A DNA stretch of 47,469 bases, filler included, from Streblomastix strix (lineage: Eukaryota): assembly GCA_008636045.1 (NCBI GenBank). It is 2 parts of 2 records of this genome, joined end to end, with 100 filler letters (N's around TTAATTAATTAA, not from the genome) between each part and the next. Parts side by side here need not be neighbours in the genome. Positions count along the whole stretch, not along the records: positions 1 to 23,698 come from SNRW01000265.1; 1 more part is not named here. One strand, given 5' to 3'. Position numbers and translations under genes: made by a program. This document shows, piece after piece, positions 1 to 14,300 of the stretch. Every line of letters begins with the position of its first letter. Positions within the stretch are counted from its first letter, which is position 1. The notes below the pieces were generated by a model. That model saw only the letters and a list, made by a program, of their open reading frames with translations. It searched no databases and was not told where the DNA came from.

Positions 1-2
1 TT

Positions 3-170
3 GTTGCTAAAACTTTATGTAACGATATTGCAACTCATTATGCTGCTTTCTTAATACCACCTAATATTTTCGACCTAAAATTTGCTATTCCAGAGAAGCA
101 ACCCATTCGATTTATTATAAAAACTTTTATCGCAAACTTCTCTTCAGTTCATTAATATTTATTTTATTGA
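3..170 (+). CDS. 3' end of an ORF cut by the window edge (probably from an endogenous virus remnant), unknown product
   Basis: Open under table 6: VAKTLCNDIATHYAAFLIPPNIFDLKFAIPEKQPIRFIIKTFIANFSSVHQYLFY*. TGA at 168-170 is followed one base later by the next ATG (172). No introns. Confidence 0.45.
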
Positions 171-171
171 A

Positions 172-792
172 ATGTCATTCAAATCTAGTGATTATCCAGG
201 ATGCTTAGCAAAAATGCTATATTTTGATTACGTTAGTGGATATATGTAACTTGGGGAAGTTCTAAAAAAATTATCTATCCATCTATTACCGATTGAACTA
301 TCTAAGTAAAATTTCTTAAATTCTCCTATTACTGAACTTACATCTAGTGGAGTTATATATACTAGAGCACCATTAGGAGCAAGAGGTAAATCTGCATGTT
401 CAATGGTAAAAACTTGTTAAGTAAATTGAACAATTACTATACCTGCAAACCCATTAATTATGCTATTAAATAAAACATCTATTGAATGAAATACTCCAGT
501 AAAATTTAACGTACGAACTAATTTCAAAAGGTTCGAAGATCCGACAGCAGATCGGACTACAAATATGTCATAAACATCATAGGGATATTATGGTAAAACA
601 GCTTAAGGGATTGAATCATCATAACATCTGTAATTTTGGCTCGGTTTCTCAACTTCGTGCGGACCAATCTATCAATTTTAAGTAATGAAAGATGTAACAA
701 CGTTATGTGAATCTGCAATTTATGCAAGAGAATATGCAGTAATTAGTGGAAATTCTCTTAGTGATTTGTACATTAAAAATAGAACCTAATGA
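172..792 (+). pseudogene. Disrupted, 3'-truncated intronless ORF; candidate capsid gene of a Polinton-like endogenous virus
   Basis: ATG at 172: MSFKSSDYPGCLAKMLYFDYVSGYMQLGEVLKKLSIHLLPIELSKQNFLNSPITELTSSGVIYTRAPLGARG...QFWLGFSTSCGPIYQFQVMKD...SAIYAREYAVISGNSLSDLY. In-frame TGAs at 427 and 487. Beta-strand-like composition, and it lies next to a fibre-gene fragment. The capsid identity is inference only. Confidence 0.4.
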
Positions 793-874
793 ATTACTAA
801 CAATAAAGAATTTGAAAGTAATTAATTTTGATTTTGTTGTATAGATTAATTGGTTGATTAATTAAGTGAGTTTA

Positions 875-1020
875 TTTTAATAATCAATTGAAACAATTGA
901 ATAGGATATCACTGATATAAAAAATGATATTGATACTATTATTTAAGAATTGTCAAGATAAATACTTTTCCGATGGTACTATTTAATGAATATCATCAAG
1001 TAATTCTACGTAAACTAACC
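875..1020 (+). pseudogene. Fragment of the same fibre-like viral gene family as 42004-42523
   Basis: Reads IEQDITDIKNDIDTIIQELSRQILFRWYYLMN, which aligns with QDICGIQQQINVNNDELNRQIHFRGYYLLN at ~42330-42420. Confidence 0.65.
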
Positions 1021-2697
1021 TAACATTATTTAATTATTATATTATCAGTTTTAGTTTTAAGTAATTCGTTAGCATTTTGGTTAAATTAAAATGTATAATT
1101 TAGCAAATGTGTCACAATAATCATCATATTTCTGTTTAATTTCATAGTCAATACTCCTAAATACAAAAATTTTTAATATAAAACTAAGATAATTTGCTGT
1201 TATGAGCGGAATTTCGCAGATTAACAATTTGCTACAAAACATCCAATATTCTACGTTAATTTTATATTTAACTACCAATATTTATGTTATTATCATAATT
1301 TTATAATAAATATGTTAAATTTTGAATAATTTGTTAAGCAAAATTTGTGAGTGCCAAAATGTAATTGCTGTTTAAACTTTGAATGATTGCTAAATATATA
1401 AATTTACATTATTTTACATTAATATTTATTAAAATTATTGCATCCTTATCTTTGTGAATCCAGTCTGAAGTTTGTTTTGACCGTCCAGGCAACCTTTAAG
1501 CTTTATAGGGTTTGTTATCAAATATATTTAAAAGGTTTCATTCATATGAACCACTTTTTATCTGTAGGTATGATCAAAATTGGAACGATACAGATTGGAT
1601 TTAAATGAAATTTTAATAAATAGTGCTATTACAGCGATCTATCCATCCAATTTCAACCAAAATCTTAATTTATGTAGATTTATTTTTTTATTTAAGTATT
1701 TACCCTTTTATTTTGTGCATAATTACCGTATTTTAAATATTTTTTTTAAATTTATTTTGGTTTAAAATCGCCGCTTACAGCAAATTTAAGAATAAAATTT
1801 AAACAATAAATAAATAAATTTTCCAGCAAATTCGTTCAATTTATCTTTTCATTTTATCATTGGTACTAAAATATTTTTTTAAATTAGCGCATACTTGGTT
1901 TGCGAGAATAAACAAATAAAAACGCTTACGTATTATTAAAATCAAACCAGACTATAATATTATTTGAAGCTTTAAATTTTAAATTTTAAATTTTGAACAT
2001 ATATGATATGTAATATTTCAATTTCATATCATTTTAATTATATTTTCACTTCATTACGAAATTTTTAAAAAAAAATAATATAAATTTTTAAATTTTTAAC
2101 TTTATACGTAAAATTTTTCGAAAATAATTATTAACTTCGTAACTTTTGTTTGATGACAGTTGATATATATGTTGTAATTATGTTTAATTTATGAGATGGA
2201 ACGTGATATAAAATAATTCGAATTTAATATTTAAAATAAAATTATGTTCGAATCCACGGATAATCATGAGTTAGAATATTTTCACAAAAAATATTTTCCC
2301 TGACACAAAAATATAAATATTGTAGTGCTATTAAAATTCGTCAATTTCGTTCATCTAGCACAATTTTTATGCGAAGAATACGGCTAAATATTAAAAAATA
2401 AAAATATTAAGTCCTTTTTAGTTTTTTATGATTAAAAAATTAATTAGTTTTGTTTGATAATAAATATATATAATAGTAAATTTAAATATAATGCAACTGA
2501 AAAATTAGAATAAATTTGACAAACTATGAAGTTTATGGTTATTATTTTTTTTAAAAAAAGAGAAAATGGATTTCGTTTACTTATGAAAAATAATTTATAT
2601 GTTTTTAAGGATAAATTCGGTTTATATTTGTACGATTCATTATAATAATATGAAAATATTTAAATTAATTATGTATTCCAATTGAAAATTGAAAATT

Positions 2698-3053
2698 GAC
2701 GGTTCCGTCTCAATTTTTACAAGTGACGGTTCCGTCACTCCAATTAAATTTTGACGGAAACATCAAATCATTAATTTCTTGTTAGCAAGTAAATGTTAAT
2801 TATGTCACATTTTAAAATATAATTTTATTGATGATTTTTAAAAATTTAAATATGATACAATAATAAAATCTTACTGTTTCGGATAGTTTGAAACAAAAGT
2901 GAAAAAAGGATAAATTTATTTTTCTTTTGAGAAAAATGTCAATTAATTCTAAAAAAAAATTTTTATCGAAAATTTATACTTTTAAGCATATTTTCAAATT
3001 TTGGAACATAAATAGCTGAACATGTGTTGCAAAATTTATACGTTCCGTCACTC
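2698..3053. repeat. Cluster of short palindromic GACGG-TT-CCGTC motifs
   Basis: gacggttccgtc at 2698-2709; agtgacgg-tt-ccgtcact (8-bp stem) at 2722-2739; partial copies at ~2751 (ttgacggaa) and 3042-3053 (gttccgtcactc). Confidence 0.6.
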
Positions 3054-4770
3054 AAATAAATTGTGAAGGGAGATTTTCTCTGTTAAATTGTGAAAGATAC
3101 AGATTATAATTTTTATGCGCAATTTGATATTCACGAAACATCTAGTATTTTCTTTAAAATGAAATACATTTAAAAAGTCAATTCATCTTGGAGAGGACAG
3201 ACATCAAAAATAAAGGATTTGTGGATTTGGATTTTTAATCAAAATATTTCGTTTGTTTTTGTCAATAATTTGCATAATAAATACTTTTTTAATAATAAAT
3301 TAATCATTCCAATAATAATTACTAAACTTAAATTAAACAATAAATATATTTTTAAAAAACTGATTTAAAGACTGAATTACTTAATATTTTTTTATAAATT
3401 TTATTAAAATTTATATATAATAACACTTATATTTTATATCATCAAATTTTTCCTACTAAAAATGTCTATATTTCTTAAAAAATCATAAATTGTTATTTTA
3501 TTTTCCAAACAAAAATTTCGTCAAGATTCAACTGATTAATATTATTACATTTATTTGGTTTGAGTATATTTCAATATTAAATTCAATTTACTTTTTTTTA
3601 AATATCATTTAATTCAAAAATTTCATTATATTTTAAAAGTAATTAATTAATATTTGAAAATTTTTATTTGTATTAAAGGACTAAATATTTTTTTTAAGAA
3701 TTATGAATTCAACCTATTTTTTATATTACTATTAAATATTTTAGAATGATAGCAGCTATCCAATAAATGCCATTTAAAACAAATAGTTATATATGCATCA
3801 AAACTTGCACATACTAAAAGAGAATTGGTTGAAAATTATAATTTGTCAAAAATATAAATATCTTAGACGACTTCGTCCGTCATTTGAAATTGGTTTGAAG
3901 GATTTTAACTGTCCAAAAATTATGAAAAAGTAACAAAGACAAAATATTTGAAATTTTAAAAAAATTAATATAATAAAAGCTTTCCAGAAAATGTGATTAT
4001 TATTAAAGAAAATTATAACATAAGATATGGAGAAAATGAACATTTTTATCTCAAAAAATACTTTTACCCTGCATTTTTACTCGAAACCTGTCGGATAAAA
4101 ATTGCCTAGGTATTTCTCTGTCTAAAAAATGATTTGTAAATGTTAAAATAATAAATTGTATTCCAAAATTCGCAAATTTAATGTTTGATATAAAAAATAT
4201 TTATAATATTTTTAAATAAAACAAATTAGTGGGATTGTCTGTGAATGGACACATCAATTTACGGAATTAACTTTAAAAATATGTAAATAAATAAACTTTT
4301 TTATTCTCTCGTTCATTAATACTAGTTCTGAATAAATTTCTATTGAAAGTAAAGTAATTTAAAGTGCCTAAAAAAATAATTAAACAGATTTGGCCAAAAC
4401 AATCGATATATTTCAAACTGAAGACTCATTCATAGAGTTCTTTTTCTTTTGATCATAGGAAAAAACAAATTGACGAGATAGTGTCTAAAAGACAAAGATG
4501 AAAAGCTACCACCTAACAATGTTGGCGCTTCCTATTATGCCTGTCGCAAACTTTATGAGACTTTTTTGAGATATATTTAAATTTGAAGGTTTTTTACATG
4601 AAGGTAGTTACTTTTTTATTTAACGATCAAAACTTAAATTTTTGGATCTAATATTTCTGTGATAGTAGCAGTGTTCCCTTTTGCATCAAGTGTCTTAATG
4701 TATTGAAGTTTATCTTGACGCATTACCAGTTAATAATTAAAAAAAGGTAATTTATAAATAATAATATATT

Positions 4771-4852
4771 GCGAGGCCCGAAAGGTTGAGCAAAAATATT
4801 TACAGTTATAATAAATGACTAATATTTTTTTGCGAAGCCCGAAGGGCTGAGC
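4771..4852 (+). repeat. Two copies of a 21-bp GC-rich GAA-loop hairpin motif
   Basis: gcgaggcccgaaaggttgagc (4771-4791) and gcgaagcccgaagggctgagc (4832-4852; stem agccc/gggct, loop GAA) in otherwise very AT-rich DNA. Confidence 0.7.
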
Positions 4853-5391
4853 AGAAATTTTTTATCTTAATATATACGTTTTCCTTCAATTTTCAAAATG
4901 ACTTGATGCGCCTTCCAATTAATTATTTTTGACTTACTGCTAAATGCAACAAGTCCAAAGGCTAGAGGGAACACTGGACAGAAGGAATGATGAAATAAGA
5001 CAATTGTAGGTGCTTGCATTTATGGATCTTATTACAGCAAAATAAGAAATAGATAAAGAGTAGAAGCATATGATTATTATAATAATATCAAGAATAAATC
5101 AATAATGTTCAAAATATATACCCTGAACTTATATATTGATAGGAGCAGTACAAAACGGTGGTGATTAAGTTAAGTTTAATCTCTTTCTCTTAATTTCACT
5201 TTTAGAAAATTATTAAAAGCTTTAAATTGTAGATAGTTAACACATTTCATTATTATACTAAAATAAAATTAATTAAATAACTAAATTTATAACAATTTAT
5301 TATATGAAAATTAAAATTAATTCATGCATATTGGAAAAAAATCACTTGTTTTTAATGGAAAAATTAAAAATTATCTTCATATTGAAATTAA

Positions 5392-8300
5392 TCAATAGTC
5401 ATAATCTTCAAATTGATTGTTTGTTCTATCTATACTATTATGTAAACCCTGAAATGATGCTCCAAATCTATTTGCTTTCTTTGTTTCAATGACATATTAA
5501 TTAATTGATTCAAGTAACAAACTAGCATTATGAGCAAGATTTCTTTTTTCGCTCGTAGCTTTAATTTGTTACTGTTCGTCAATATTTTGAAGTTAAATTG
5601 ATGACGAATTAATATTATTATTACTACTTTAATATTTTTCATTTTGTTCTGATTACTCTTTAAGAGATTGTATTTCATTATATTATTCTTTTTCTTATTT
5701 TTCTTTATTTTCAATGATTATTTTATTATTTATATCAATCGCTTCATTATCGGTCATTTTTGAAGCTAACAACTCAAGATATTCCATTGGTGCATGCTCA
5801 ACAATAATCTCAAATAGATCAGGAATTTAAGATTGGTTTTCGGTACTTAAAATGATATTATCTGTTTTTGGTAATATTTAAGATTAAGGTTTGAGATTTT
5901 ATCTCATCTGTTTTTATTTGGGTTGAACTGTTTATTTATTTTTATTTGTATTACTAAATTAATTTCTGCTTTTATTATTTGTTTCCTCTTTAATAATTTT
6001 CGTGGTTTATTTCTTTTCTTATTATTTATCAATCTTTTTATCATTTTAATTCACTTTCGTAATATTTTTACCTTTGTTTAATTATTATTATCTAACTATT
6101 TCTTCTTATATTTCTTATTAACGCTTTTATTCATCAATATAACGATCGTATCTTTTTTATTTTTCAATATTTTACTGTTTTATGAGAATTAATTCTTTGT
6201 TTATTAAACGATAGAGTAGATCAAGTGCATTGAGAATGATTATATCTGGTGATCTAGTAATGTAATAACAATAAATAAGTAAATAAATTTATTAAAATTT
6301 AAATAAATAAATGAATATAATTATATTAGACATAATTATTTCATACTTTTCTATGTTCTTATATTTACCAATGAGACTCAACATTCGCTATACAGTACGG
6401 AGTCTGTTCAAAACGATATGATTTTCTGAGAAAAAAATAAATTTATAAGGAAAATATAATTATTAATAAATAAATTAATAAAATTTTTATTATTTTTAAA
6501 TATTTTAATTTTATCTACTTACCTTCATTCATTGCTATTCTACACAAGGCTCCAAGTGCATCAATTATAATAAAATTTAAATTACTTTCTTTATTTTGAC
6601 CATTTAAAACATTATTATCTTTCTCTTCTTTTAAATCATTGATTTGTATAACATTATCTTAATTTCTTTCAATATACTAGTTGTTATTATAAGTTATTTC
6701 ATTGTTATTTAATTCACTTTATCCAGCTATATTTTATTTATCCTCATCATTATTATATGTTTCTATCTAAATATTAGTACTTTCAACCAAAACCAGAAGC
6801 CAATTAATCAATTTGTGTTTGTAATTATCAAGCAAAGTTAAGAATGAAGTGAAATTTTCATTTTTTTTATTGTTATGCATTTTATTAGGAGATTGTTTTG
6901 AAGTGTTAATTGATGATTAAGTATATAAGAATTTAGATTTAATATTGGATGAAGAAGGTGAATTCAGCAGCGAAATGTTTTGAATTGTTGATTCTTATCT
7001 TTGAATAGAAGTTTAATATGTACTAATAGTAGATTCTTATATATTTTGGTCATTCTTTCCAACTTCCCATTAAATTTTCTATTTTGAAATATTTTTATCG
7101 ATTTTCTTTACTCTTTCTTTCTTATTTTTAATTTCCTTCTTAGCATCATTATATCTTTCATATTCATTCTCAATGTTCTGTTTCTCTTATTCAATTAATT
7201 ATTCTTTCTCTTTTTATCTCTGAATTTCCTCATCTTCGCTCCGAAATGTGAGGACCAATGCTAAAACAATTGGAAGTCTTTGTTTAATGGGCAGAGTTGG
7301 TGAATGGAAAAATAATCTGAAAATTGTGTCTGTTGCTTCTGAGTTATCCATGAAGTGAGAAAGTGAGATTTGGAGTTGTTGATATTGTTACTGTTAATAT
7401 TATTTTAATTACAGCTAATATTCTTATTGATCATTTTATTCTGAATTTTGCTATGATTAAGTAGCCTCTATTGCTTATTCTAGTCTAACTTCTGAAATAT
7501 TTTCAATATTTTTTTAATTTTCATTTTCCTTTCTAATAAACTACTCATTCCTGTCAGCCAACATATTAATCACAGCTAATAATATCAATTCAACTTATTC
7601 AATCCATTTAATCTTATTTTAACTCTGATTCACACTACTAATGTAATTGTTCCTATTTTAGGATTAAAGTGTATTTAATTCAGAATATTGATTGTGCTAA
7701 AGAGTATTATTAAATAATTTCAGTGTACTTTACTGAGTTTATAAATGATACATTGATTATACCTAATTTTAGCCTAATGTTTGAATATTGTAAATATCAG
7801 TATGTTTTAGTGTAGAATATGGTGATGCTTTATTTGGCGATTGACTATATGATTAATATGAAGTAAATTCATTGTTCTAATTTTGACTAAAATTTCTTTT
7901 TAATTTTCTTTTTTCTTTCTCTTTTTCTTCTTTATTTAATTCTTCTTTCTCCTTCAAAACGATATAATATTAACTCATTCCAGCAACTACAGCTAAAAGA
8001 ACATCAATTGATCCTTATTTAACCAAAATCTAGTTCATTTAATCATTGCCTTCACAACTCATGTTCAGTATTGGTATTATATGCAATGGTTCTATTATAG
8101 CCCATTTAATCTCATCTTTCTCTTTCTGGATCTGTTTATGAGACTGTTGCATAATTTAAGAGAATGAATTTTAAGCTAAATTTTGTTTGGATATTGTTCC
8201 TGATGGGGATCCTATTGATGGAGGTTGAATTTGGGATTGTGATTATTACAATTGTTATTCTTATGTCTATAATGATTATTAAGATGCGAATTATGATTAT

Positions 8301-11300
8301 TTTGAAGTTTATCCTAAAATTTGTGATTGTTAATAAACTGACCCGATTTCAGTATACCTTCATTGTTGACCGAAATCATCTAACTCTAAACTCACAATAT
8401 TTGAGTTACTCGAAGATAATGTTCTCGTTAATTTCAATTTATCATTCAATTTATCATTCATAACTGGAATAGCTTTGATTTTTTCATTCATCATTCTTTC
8501 TTCAATGTATTTCTTCATAAGCATTTTTTCTGTATATAGCAAAAGCAATGTTTAAGGAATTTGTGCTGAAAATGCAGCTATTACAGCAGCTTGATTCTCA
8601 AACAGAAGTGAAATGAGACATATGCACACAGTTTCAATGACATCAATTCTTTTCAATTCTTCTTCTTCTTCCTCCTCTTACTATTTTTTCCGTTATTTTT
8701 CAAACTCTTCCAACTCGAGCTTTATTTTATCTTCTCGAATTTTTTCTTATTTTTCTTTATTTTCTTTTTAAATTCTTTCTTTTTATTATAAATCTTTTTC
8801 TTGCTATATTTTTCTTTCATTTTCTAACATTTCATCGATTTTCTATATTTCTTCATCAAAATCCAGGTTTTCTCCACCTTTTATTCTTTATTTAATTTCC
8901 TATTATAAATCATATTTCCTTTATTCAAATTACTTAAATTCTTTCTCTTTCTATTCTTATTCTTATTTCTTCTTCTTCTCTTCAATATCCATGTCTTTAT
9001 ACATTTATTCAATTCGTTTTTTCTCTTCATGCACTTTCCTTGCATGTTCATCAGTATTTAATTTCTCTTCCTATTCTTTCTTCTTTTTAAGCAGTTTCTA
9101 TTCACGCGTCAGTTTTTTCTATTCTAATTCACTCTATTTCTTTTTGATTTCATTATCAATTTTCTTTTATTCTTCTTCTTTCCTTTGTTTATTTTCTTTT
9201 TGTATTCTTTCTTCTTTTTCATCTTCATCTTCATCATCCTCATCATCGCAGCTATCATAAATTAACTTTTCGTATTCTTAATCAAAATTCCCAGATTTTG
9301 CTCCATTTTTATTAATTTCCCTGATTTTCTCTCTTCTCTCACGTTTTTCTCTTCTTTTTCGCCATTTTTCAATTTCCTTCATCATCATTTGATTCATAAG
9401 TACAAAAAATCCTTATCCAATCAGATCAAACTTCCTTTCATTCTAAATCCCTTCTGTAATTTCACTGGTGATCTCTCTAAGCATAAACTTCCTTCTTTGA
9501 CTCTGTTTTGAATTCATAACCTGTATTATCTGTTAAGTTGTCATTTCAGATGAACTTATCAGCGGAATGTCAAGTTCTGGATCATAATCTGCTTGCATCT
9601 TTCTTTGTTTCTCTTTTAGCTCAAAAATAATTTATTCTTATTTTTCTCTTTCTATTCTCAATTTTTCTTCTTCTTTAAATCTTTCATCTGCTGCCAAAGC
9701 TTCGATTCTTTGTTTTTCTTCTTCTTTCATCCGTTTCAAAGTCAATTTTTCTTCTATTTTTTTCATTTTTCTTGTCTATATTAATTGTGCAATTTATTCC
9801 TAAACACTCAAATTTCGCTAATTTTTGTTTATTTTCTGCCAAAGTGATCCATTTTACGCTGAAATGATAATATTCTCTCCTCCTAACTGATATGGTGATC
9901 TTATTGAGCCCATTCCTTATAAAGTCTGCTTATTAAATAAAATGAAGTTCAAACTTGGTTTTTATGGAACTATTGAATTTTCAGGTTTGCTTTGAATTGG
10001 AATTATGAGCTCTGGTCTTCGTGATGGTGATTTTGATGATACATAATATGGATGCTATTATTCTTATTAATGTTATGGTTAAGACGAAGATAAAGAAAAT
10101 GATTTAGTATTTGATTATAATTCATTCTTATTATTAATGGGTTTTCTTTAATTTGTATTTGGTGTGCTAATTGATGAAAAATAAGTCTATCTCTATGAAG
10201 AAGGTGACTTTTAGGAAGAAAATGCGTTATTTTATCGTTTAGAAGATTATTATACAGATTAAGCTCGTTTTACAGTTGATTTCGATTTGCTTCCTTCACT
10301 AATAAAAGAATCAATAATATCATTATTATCATCTTTATTAACCTAGTTTTCATTTTCGTTTTCGCCTGTTCTAACATTCAAGGTTAAATAAGACATTTCA
10401 ACCGATCGAGAAAACAAAGGAATTGAGTGCTTCTACCTATACGGAGATTAATATTTCACTTTTTATTGATCTTTTTATATTCCATTATTTCTTTCTTGTT
10501 ATAATTATAGCGCAGGAATACTGAGTGGTTGATCAATCCATATATCTTCATTATCATTATCTTATATTATTTTATTGTCTTTCTTATAGTTTGGGCTTGA
10601 AATTACATTCACATTATCATTATCAGTAAAAAAACTTGAACCTTATGTTTTTCTCCTTTAATTTGTCTGATTTTATTGGAGTTATTATTATTTCTAATGA
10701 GTTTAAGAATCAGATTAAGTTCATTTCTACACTTAAGATTTTGATCTAAAATCAACAGATTGCGAGAATTTCCCTTAATTTCTTTTTTCTTACTAATTAT
10801 CATCCAATCTTCTATTATCCATATTATGAAGAAAATCAAATTCCCTTCTTCTGGCTTCAACTGATGAAAAAGATGTGTTTGATCGCATTGATTTGGATGT
10901 TTTTGATTTATTATCATTTTATTTATAATCTAAGTTTCTTGATTATTAATTAATTTGATTATTAGTCTGGTATTTAGAAAGAGTTGATGGAGTTCGATCG
11001 TATTGAGATTTATATGATTTTTTATTCAAAGCAGATTTTGGCCTTTATTCACTTGGTTGAATAGCATACTTCATTTATTACCATTACTTCAATGTTTCAT
11101 TTTATTGTTATTTTTAAGAGCTAATTGATCTATGCGATGATAAAGTTTACTATGACTAAATCGGTTATAATTATTATTATGGGAATTCCTACTATTATAA
11201 TAATTATAACTCATATTATTATTGTTGCAACTTTTCTTTTTATAATTTCTCTCTTTCTATTTATCTCTGCCAATCTCTTTATCTTGAATAGAATGGAGAT

Positions 11301-14300
11301 CTATTTGTATATTTAGGTTTCTTGTATACTTCACTCTCTCTCGTCTCATATTACCTTCTTCTTATCTATTTGTTCAGTTTAGTTGAATAATTCAAATCAT
11401 TTTTTGAATTTGTTGTGCTCAATGATCTGTATTTAGCTTTTATTTATTGTTAATTCTATTTATTAGGCAATAATTCGTCGTTTTTCAACTCTTTTTCAAT
11501 CGTTTCTTATTCTAATTTTTTCTATTTCTCTTCTTTTTGCTTCCGTTTCTCATATAAAACATAAGATGTATTCACTTCTCCTAATCTTTGTTTTTGCACC
11601 TTTCTGGCTTTTTCGCTTTTCTCTTTCCATTATCTGGTTTGCTTTTCCCATATTTGATACGATTTTTTATTCATTTGAGGTGATTTTTGGCTTCGTCTTG
11701 TTTTTGATTGATTTGGCGTTTTTTCTTTAGTTTTACATAATGATCGATCAGTAATTGATTATCTTTTTTATGAATTGGGAGTTTTTATTTGTTTCCTTTT
11801 TTATTGAATAGGATCTAATTATTATTCTGATTTTCTTTTTAATGGACTCATATAATGAGGTGGAGTTGCATTTGAATCAATAAAAGAGGCAATTAAAGCT
11901 GATTTTGCTCTTCGTTTGGATGATTTATCTGAAGTTTATGATAAATTTTGTTGATCTGATGGAGAATTTTTAAGTTGCAATTTTTATAGTCTAGATTATG
12001 AAGATTAAGTATTTTGCATATAATGTGGAGTAGTTCTGCTTGGAGTTTATGAAAGTTATTTATTTGGAGTTAATGATTATTATTTATTGGGAGATTATTA
12101 CTATTATTTATTTGGAGTTTGTTATTTTAATTATTATTTAATTGGTGATATATTTGTTGGAAGTGATTGTTTTTTCCTAATTGGAGATTTAATTGTTTAT
12201 TTTACTTTTGATTATTATTGTGGTGATTTATTTTATTATTATTTCTATTATATTTTAATCTCTGTTGGTGAATTAATATGAGATGATTATTCATTTTATG
12301 AGGACAATAATGATTTATCTTGTAACATAGAAAAATCTTATTATCTATCAGATGGTGATATTAAAGAAGTAGTTAATTATTAATCATAATAATGAATAGG
12401 TGAATTTGCACGAGATTATTTTTGTTATATAGAAGCAGTAGTTTACGAGAATGGAGATTATAATGAAGAATGAGAATTAGTGGGAGATTTCAGTTCTAAT
12501 TATATGGTTGGTGGTTAATTTTGTGATTATGGTTATATTGGTGAAATTGTGGATTATTTATTAAGTGAAATTTCAGATTATTTATTTGGTGAAATTTGAC
12601 GCGAATGTAAAGAAGATTCTAGCAATGGATCATCAGTTATTTAAATCTATTTTCTCTATCTTTCTTTTTCTTTTTTAATTTATTCAATATCATTTCTTTC
12701 ATTGGTTATTCCACGAGTCAACTGTTTGATTTATTACTCTTCATCATCATCATTAACTTATTAATTATTTCCTTTTTATTATTCATTAATTTAATACTGT
12801 TTGTTTGTTTCCTGTTGAATTTTGTTATTTTATTATATAACTGATTATCCTTATTCTAATCCTTGTTCTTATTTATGGGCTTATATGTGTTGAATATATT
12901 ATGAAATGGGAAATCATTTCCAACAAACAGCGCAATCTATCACTGGTTCTGCAATTTATGTTTAATTTAGTTATTATTATTGTATTTGTTTTTCTTTCTC
13001 TTTATCATTCGAAATTTAATTTTGAGGTATAATTTTCTTTTCTTATTATATTTATTGTTACTTTCCTTCATTATCAACCAGAATTGAATCATCTCTTTCA
13101 AAAAGAACTTCATCTTCCAAACTTTTGTCTTTATATTTTTTATTATTTAGTTCTTATTGATTAAAGTTTCTTTCTACTGTTTTGTTATTTTGTTATTATT
13201 ATTTTTCTTCTTATTTCTGATCATTAACATATCTCTTATATACTTCACCTCGATCAATAACTTTAATTTCATCTTTTTCTTATTGTTATTATTAATCTTA
13301 ATTAATGTCTTATTCTTCTTATTCTTATTATTGTTCTTTTTCAAATTCCTTATCTTTAATCTATTCTTCTTCTTCTTCTGTCTTCTTCTGATCGTGATAT
13401 CGTTAATAAACTTATCCTCGATCAATAACTTAGATTTCTTATTCTTATTCATCATGTTCTTATTTATCTTATTATTATTAGACTTCATTATACTCTTTTT
13501 CTTATTAATATTCTTTTTCCTTTTCTTATTCCTATTAATATTAAATTATTAAATCAACTTTTCCAACAATTTTCCCATATAACTTATTAACTCCTGTGAA
13601 AGTATATTAATCTTATATTTATTGGTTAATAAATTTAGAGATCTTATGTATATAGAATAATATAAATAGAAAAATTAACAGTACATAAATTAACAAATTA
13701 ATAAAATAATATATGATATAATGAATAAATAAATTTATTTTCATACAGGAATATCAAGTTTTCCAATTTGGTCATTATCGCTAAATGTATCATAATCCCA
13801 AAGTTCAAAATGAATTGATTTATCTTCAGTCGCGTTTGAATTATAATCAAATTCAAATGCTATTTTGAAAATTAATAAAATAATAATCATAATAATATAA
13901 TAATCATAATAATATAATAATGAAAATATGAAATTAATAGTTGTTTAAATCAAATAAATAGAAAATAATTAATAAATGGAAAATATTATTTCAAACTTTC
14001 ATTATATTCAGCATTTAATACATTTTTAACTTTTTTTGTTTTAAATTCACTTGTTCCAATTTTCACAACAATAAATGGATCAGATTTTCCATTAGAATCA
14101 ACTCCTGTTACATCTTTAACTCCAATAACTGTAACTTTCACTTTTCCTTTCTTAAGATCAATTTCTTATTCTTATTCATTTTCATTGTCTTTATCTTATT
14201 ATTACTTTTATTCTTATTATTGTTCTTGTTATTATTATTCTTATTCATTTTCCAAATCTTATTCTTCAGTTATTTATTCATCTACATTTTCTTCTTCTTT

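Noticed and set aside
1020..5300. Short ORF-like stretches (for example 1081-1278, 1440-1660, 4430-4730, 4944-5170)
   Set aside because: No recognisable motifs or consistent exon structure. They may be heavily decayed remnants but cannot be supported as features.
8164..13552. Plus-strand hydrophobic ORFs in the supplied track (8164, 8991, 11125, 12087, 13157) resembling membrane proteins
   Set aside because: They are antisense shadows of the E/K/Q-rich minus-strand exon of the pseudokinase-C2 gene.
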